Shown here: positions 15,682 to 16,690 of the stretch, in pieces
Numbering within the stretch: the first letter of the stretch is position 1
How the letters are laid out: each line of letters begins with the position of its first letter
Source: Fimbriimonadales bacterium
GTDB lineage: Bacteria; Armatimonadota; Fimbriimonadia; Fimbriimonadales; JABRVX01
Assembly (NCBI GenBank): GCA_045862955.1
Contig: BTVI01000055.1
Location: forward strand, 1-16,690
Length of the DNA stretch: 16,690 bases
Direction: 5' to 3'
Notes under the pieces: model-generated
What the model saw: the letters and a program-made list of their open reading frames with translations, nothing else
Database searches by the model: none
Told to the model about the DNA's origin: nothing
Translations under genes and position numbers: made by a program

Positions 15682-16140
15682 CTACATCGCCTCCACGAGG
15701 ATCGCCTTGATTCCCTCGAGAGCGAGAAGGTACCCGTAGGTGCCCAGGCCCGCAATCTGCGCTTGGGCAATGCGTGCCACATACGAGTGCCGTCGAAACT
15801 CCTCGCGCGCGTGGACGTTCGAGATGTGCACCTCGATGATAGGTAGCCGCAAGGCGCTCAGCGCGTCCATCAGCGCGATGGACGTATGCGTTAGGCCGCC
15901 GGGGTTGATCACTACGCCGTCGGCCCACGTGCGATTCTCGTGCAGAAAGTCCAGTATCGCGCCCTCGTGGTTGCTCTGGAACGTCTTGACCAACAGCCCG
16001 AGCTGCTCGGCCCTCTTCTGGATCTCCTTGTCTACCTCTTCCAGCGACTTGGGCCCGTAAAGACTCGGGTCGCGGAAGCCGAGGAGGTTCAGATTGGGGC
16101 CATGAACGACCAGAACCTGGGGTCTTGCCGGTCCCGGCAT
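15682..16140 (-). CDS. aroQ: Type II 3-dehydroquinate dehydratase (152 aa)
   Basis: HGPNLNLLG.R.P..YG, FQSNHEG, INPGGLTHTS.AL.DA, EVHISNVHAREEFR.HS. Confidence 0.96.
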   Translation of the reverse strand: MPGPARPQVLVVHGPNLNLLGFRDPSLYGPKSLEEVDKEIQKRAEQLGLLVKTFQSNHEGAILDFLHENRTWADGVVINPGGLTHTSIALMDALSALRLPIIEVHISNVHAREEFRRHSYVARIAQAQIAGLGTYGYLLALEGIKAILVEAM

Positions 16141-16325
16141 CAGCTCGTCGTCTCCGTCTCATCGGGCTCGATGGCCTCTTCTACGAGCAGGTGGGGGATG
16201 TCGTCTACGACAGGATACTTGCGTCGGCACACGGTGCAGACGAGAAAGCCGGCCTCCTGCGTCAGCGGCGGACGCTCGTCGCAAGCTGGGCAGGCCAGGA
16301 TGGCTAGAAGCTCCTCGGAGACCAT
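16140..16325 (-). CDS. Trm112/YcaR family small protein (61 aa)
   Basis: LLAILACPAC...LVCTVC.RKYPV.DDIP.LL; SD GGAGG upstream; TGATG overlap with the aroQ start. Confidence 0.9.
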   Translation of the reverse strand: MVSEELLAILACPACDERPPLTQEAGFLVCTVCRRKYPVVDDIPHLLVEEAIEPDETETTS

Positions 16326-16690
16326 TTCGCTACCTCCCTGTACACTTCAACGGTTCGCTCGGCGGTGTCCCGCCAGGAGAACATTCTGGCACGCTCGACA
16401 CCTTTCTCAGCCAACTTCGCCCTCCAGTCCGGCGATCCGAGAACTCGCCCGATGGCTTCGGTCCAGGCCCGCTCGTCCCTTGCAGGCACCACGAGCGCGG
16501 CGTCGCCTACCACCTCGGGCAACGCGCCACCATCCGAGCACACCACGGGACAACCGCATGCCATCGCCTCCAGTACGGGCAACCCGAAGCCTTCGTACAG
16601 GCTGGGGAAGAAAAAAGCGTCCGCCGCTGAGTACAGGGCGGGCAGTGATTCATCCGGCACGTAGCCCAGCTCGTGGGTGTGCGACCCCAC
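16304..16690 (-). CDS. GT4 (MtfB-like) glycosyltransferase, C-terminal part; 5' end outside the window
   Basis: LGYVPDESLPALYSAADAFFFPSLYEGFGLPVLEAMACGCPVV...FSWRDTAERT. Confidence 0.92.
   Translation of the reverse strand: MGSHTHELGYVPDESLPALYSAADAFFFPSLYEGFGLPVLEAMACGCPVVCSDGGALPEVVGDAALVVPARDERAWTEAIGRVLGSPDWRAKLAEKGVERARMFSWRDTAERTVEVYREVAKWSPRSF

Overview
GC-rich bacterial DNA. Positions 241-14609 (+ strand) hold a tightly coupled 12-gene Wzx/Wzy-type surface-polysaccharide cluster: Wza/SLBB export protein, a membrane-anchored SDR, Wzz/GumC-like co-polymerase, Wzx flippase, probable Wzy, three GT4 glycosyltransferases (one WbuB-like), a VanZ-domain protein, a cupin epimerase, an RmlD-like reductase and an FnlC/WbjD-type 2-epimerase. 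It converges, with only 3 bp between stop codons, on a minus-strand run of GT4 (partial), Trm112/YcaR, aroQ and Xaa-Pro peptidase. Most notable: (1) the nucleotide-sugar module resembles the L-FucNAc/L-QuiNAc pathway but has no FnlA-type 4,6-dehydratase in the window; it has instead an SDR lacking the dehydratase acid/base pair, resembling Cj1427-type C4-dehydrogenases and fused to a PglF/CapD-like 4-TM anchor, which may indicate a route to a non-6-deoxy L-hexosamine; (2) a palindromic REP-like element lies in frame in the interdomain linker of one glycosyltransferase, with a 35/44-nt identical decayed copy in the same frame inside wzx; (3) a REP-like element and a ~145-nt rod-like hairpin lie upstream of an apparently leaderless wza. 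All family calls come from motif recognition; no searches were run.
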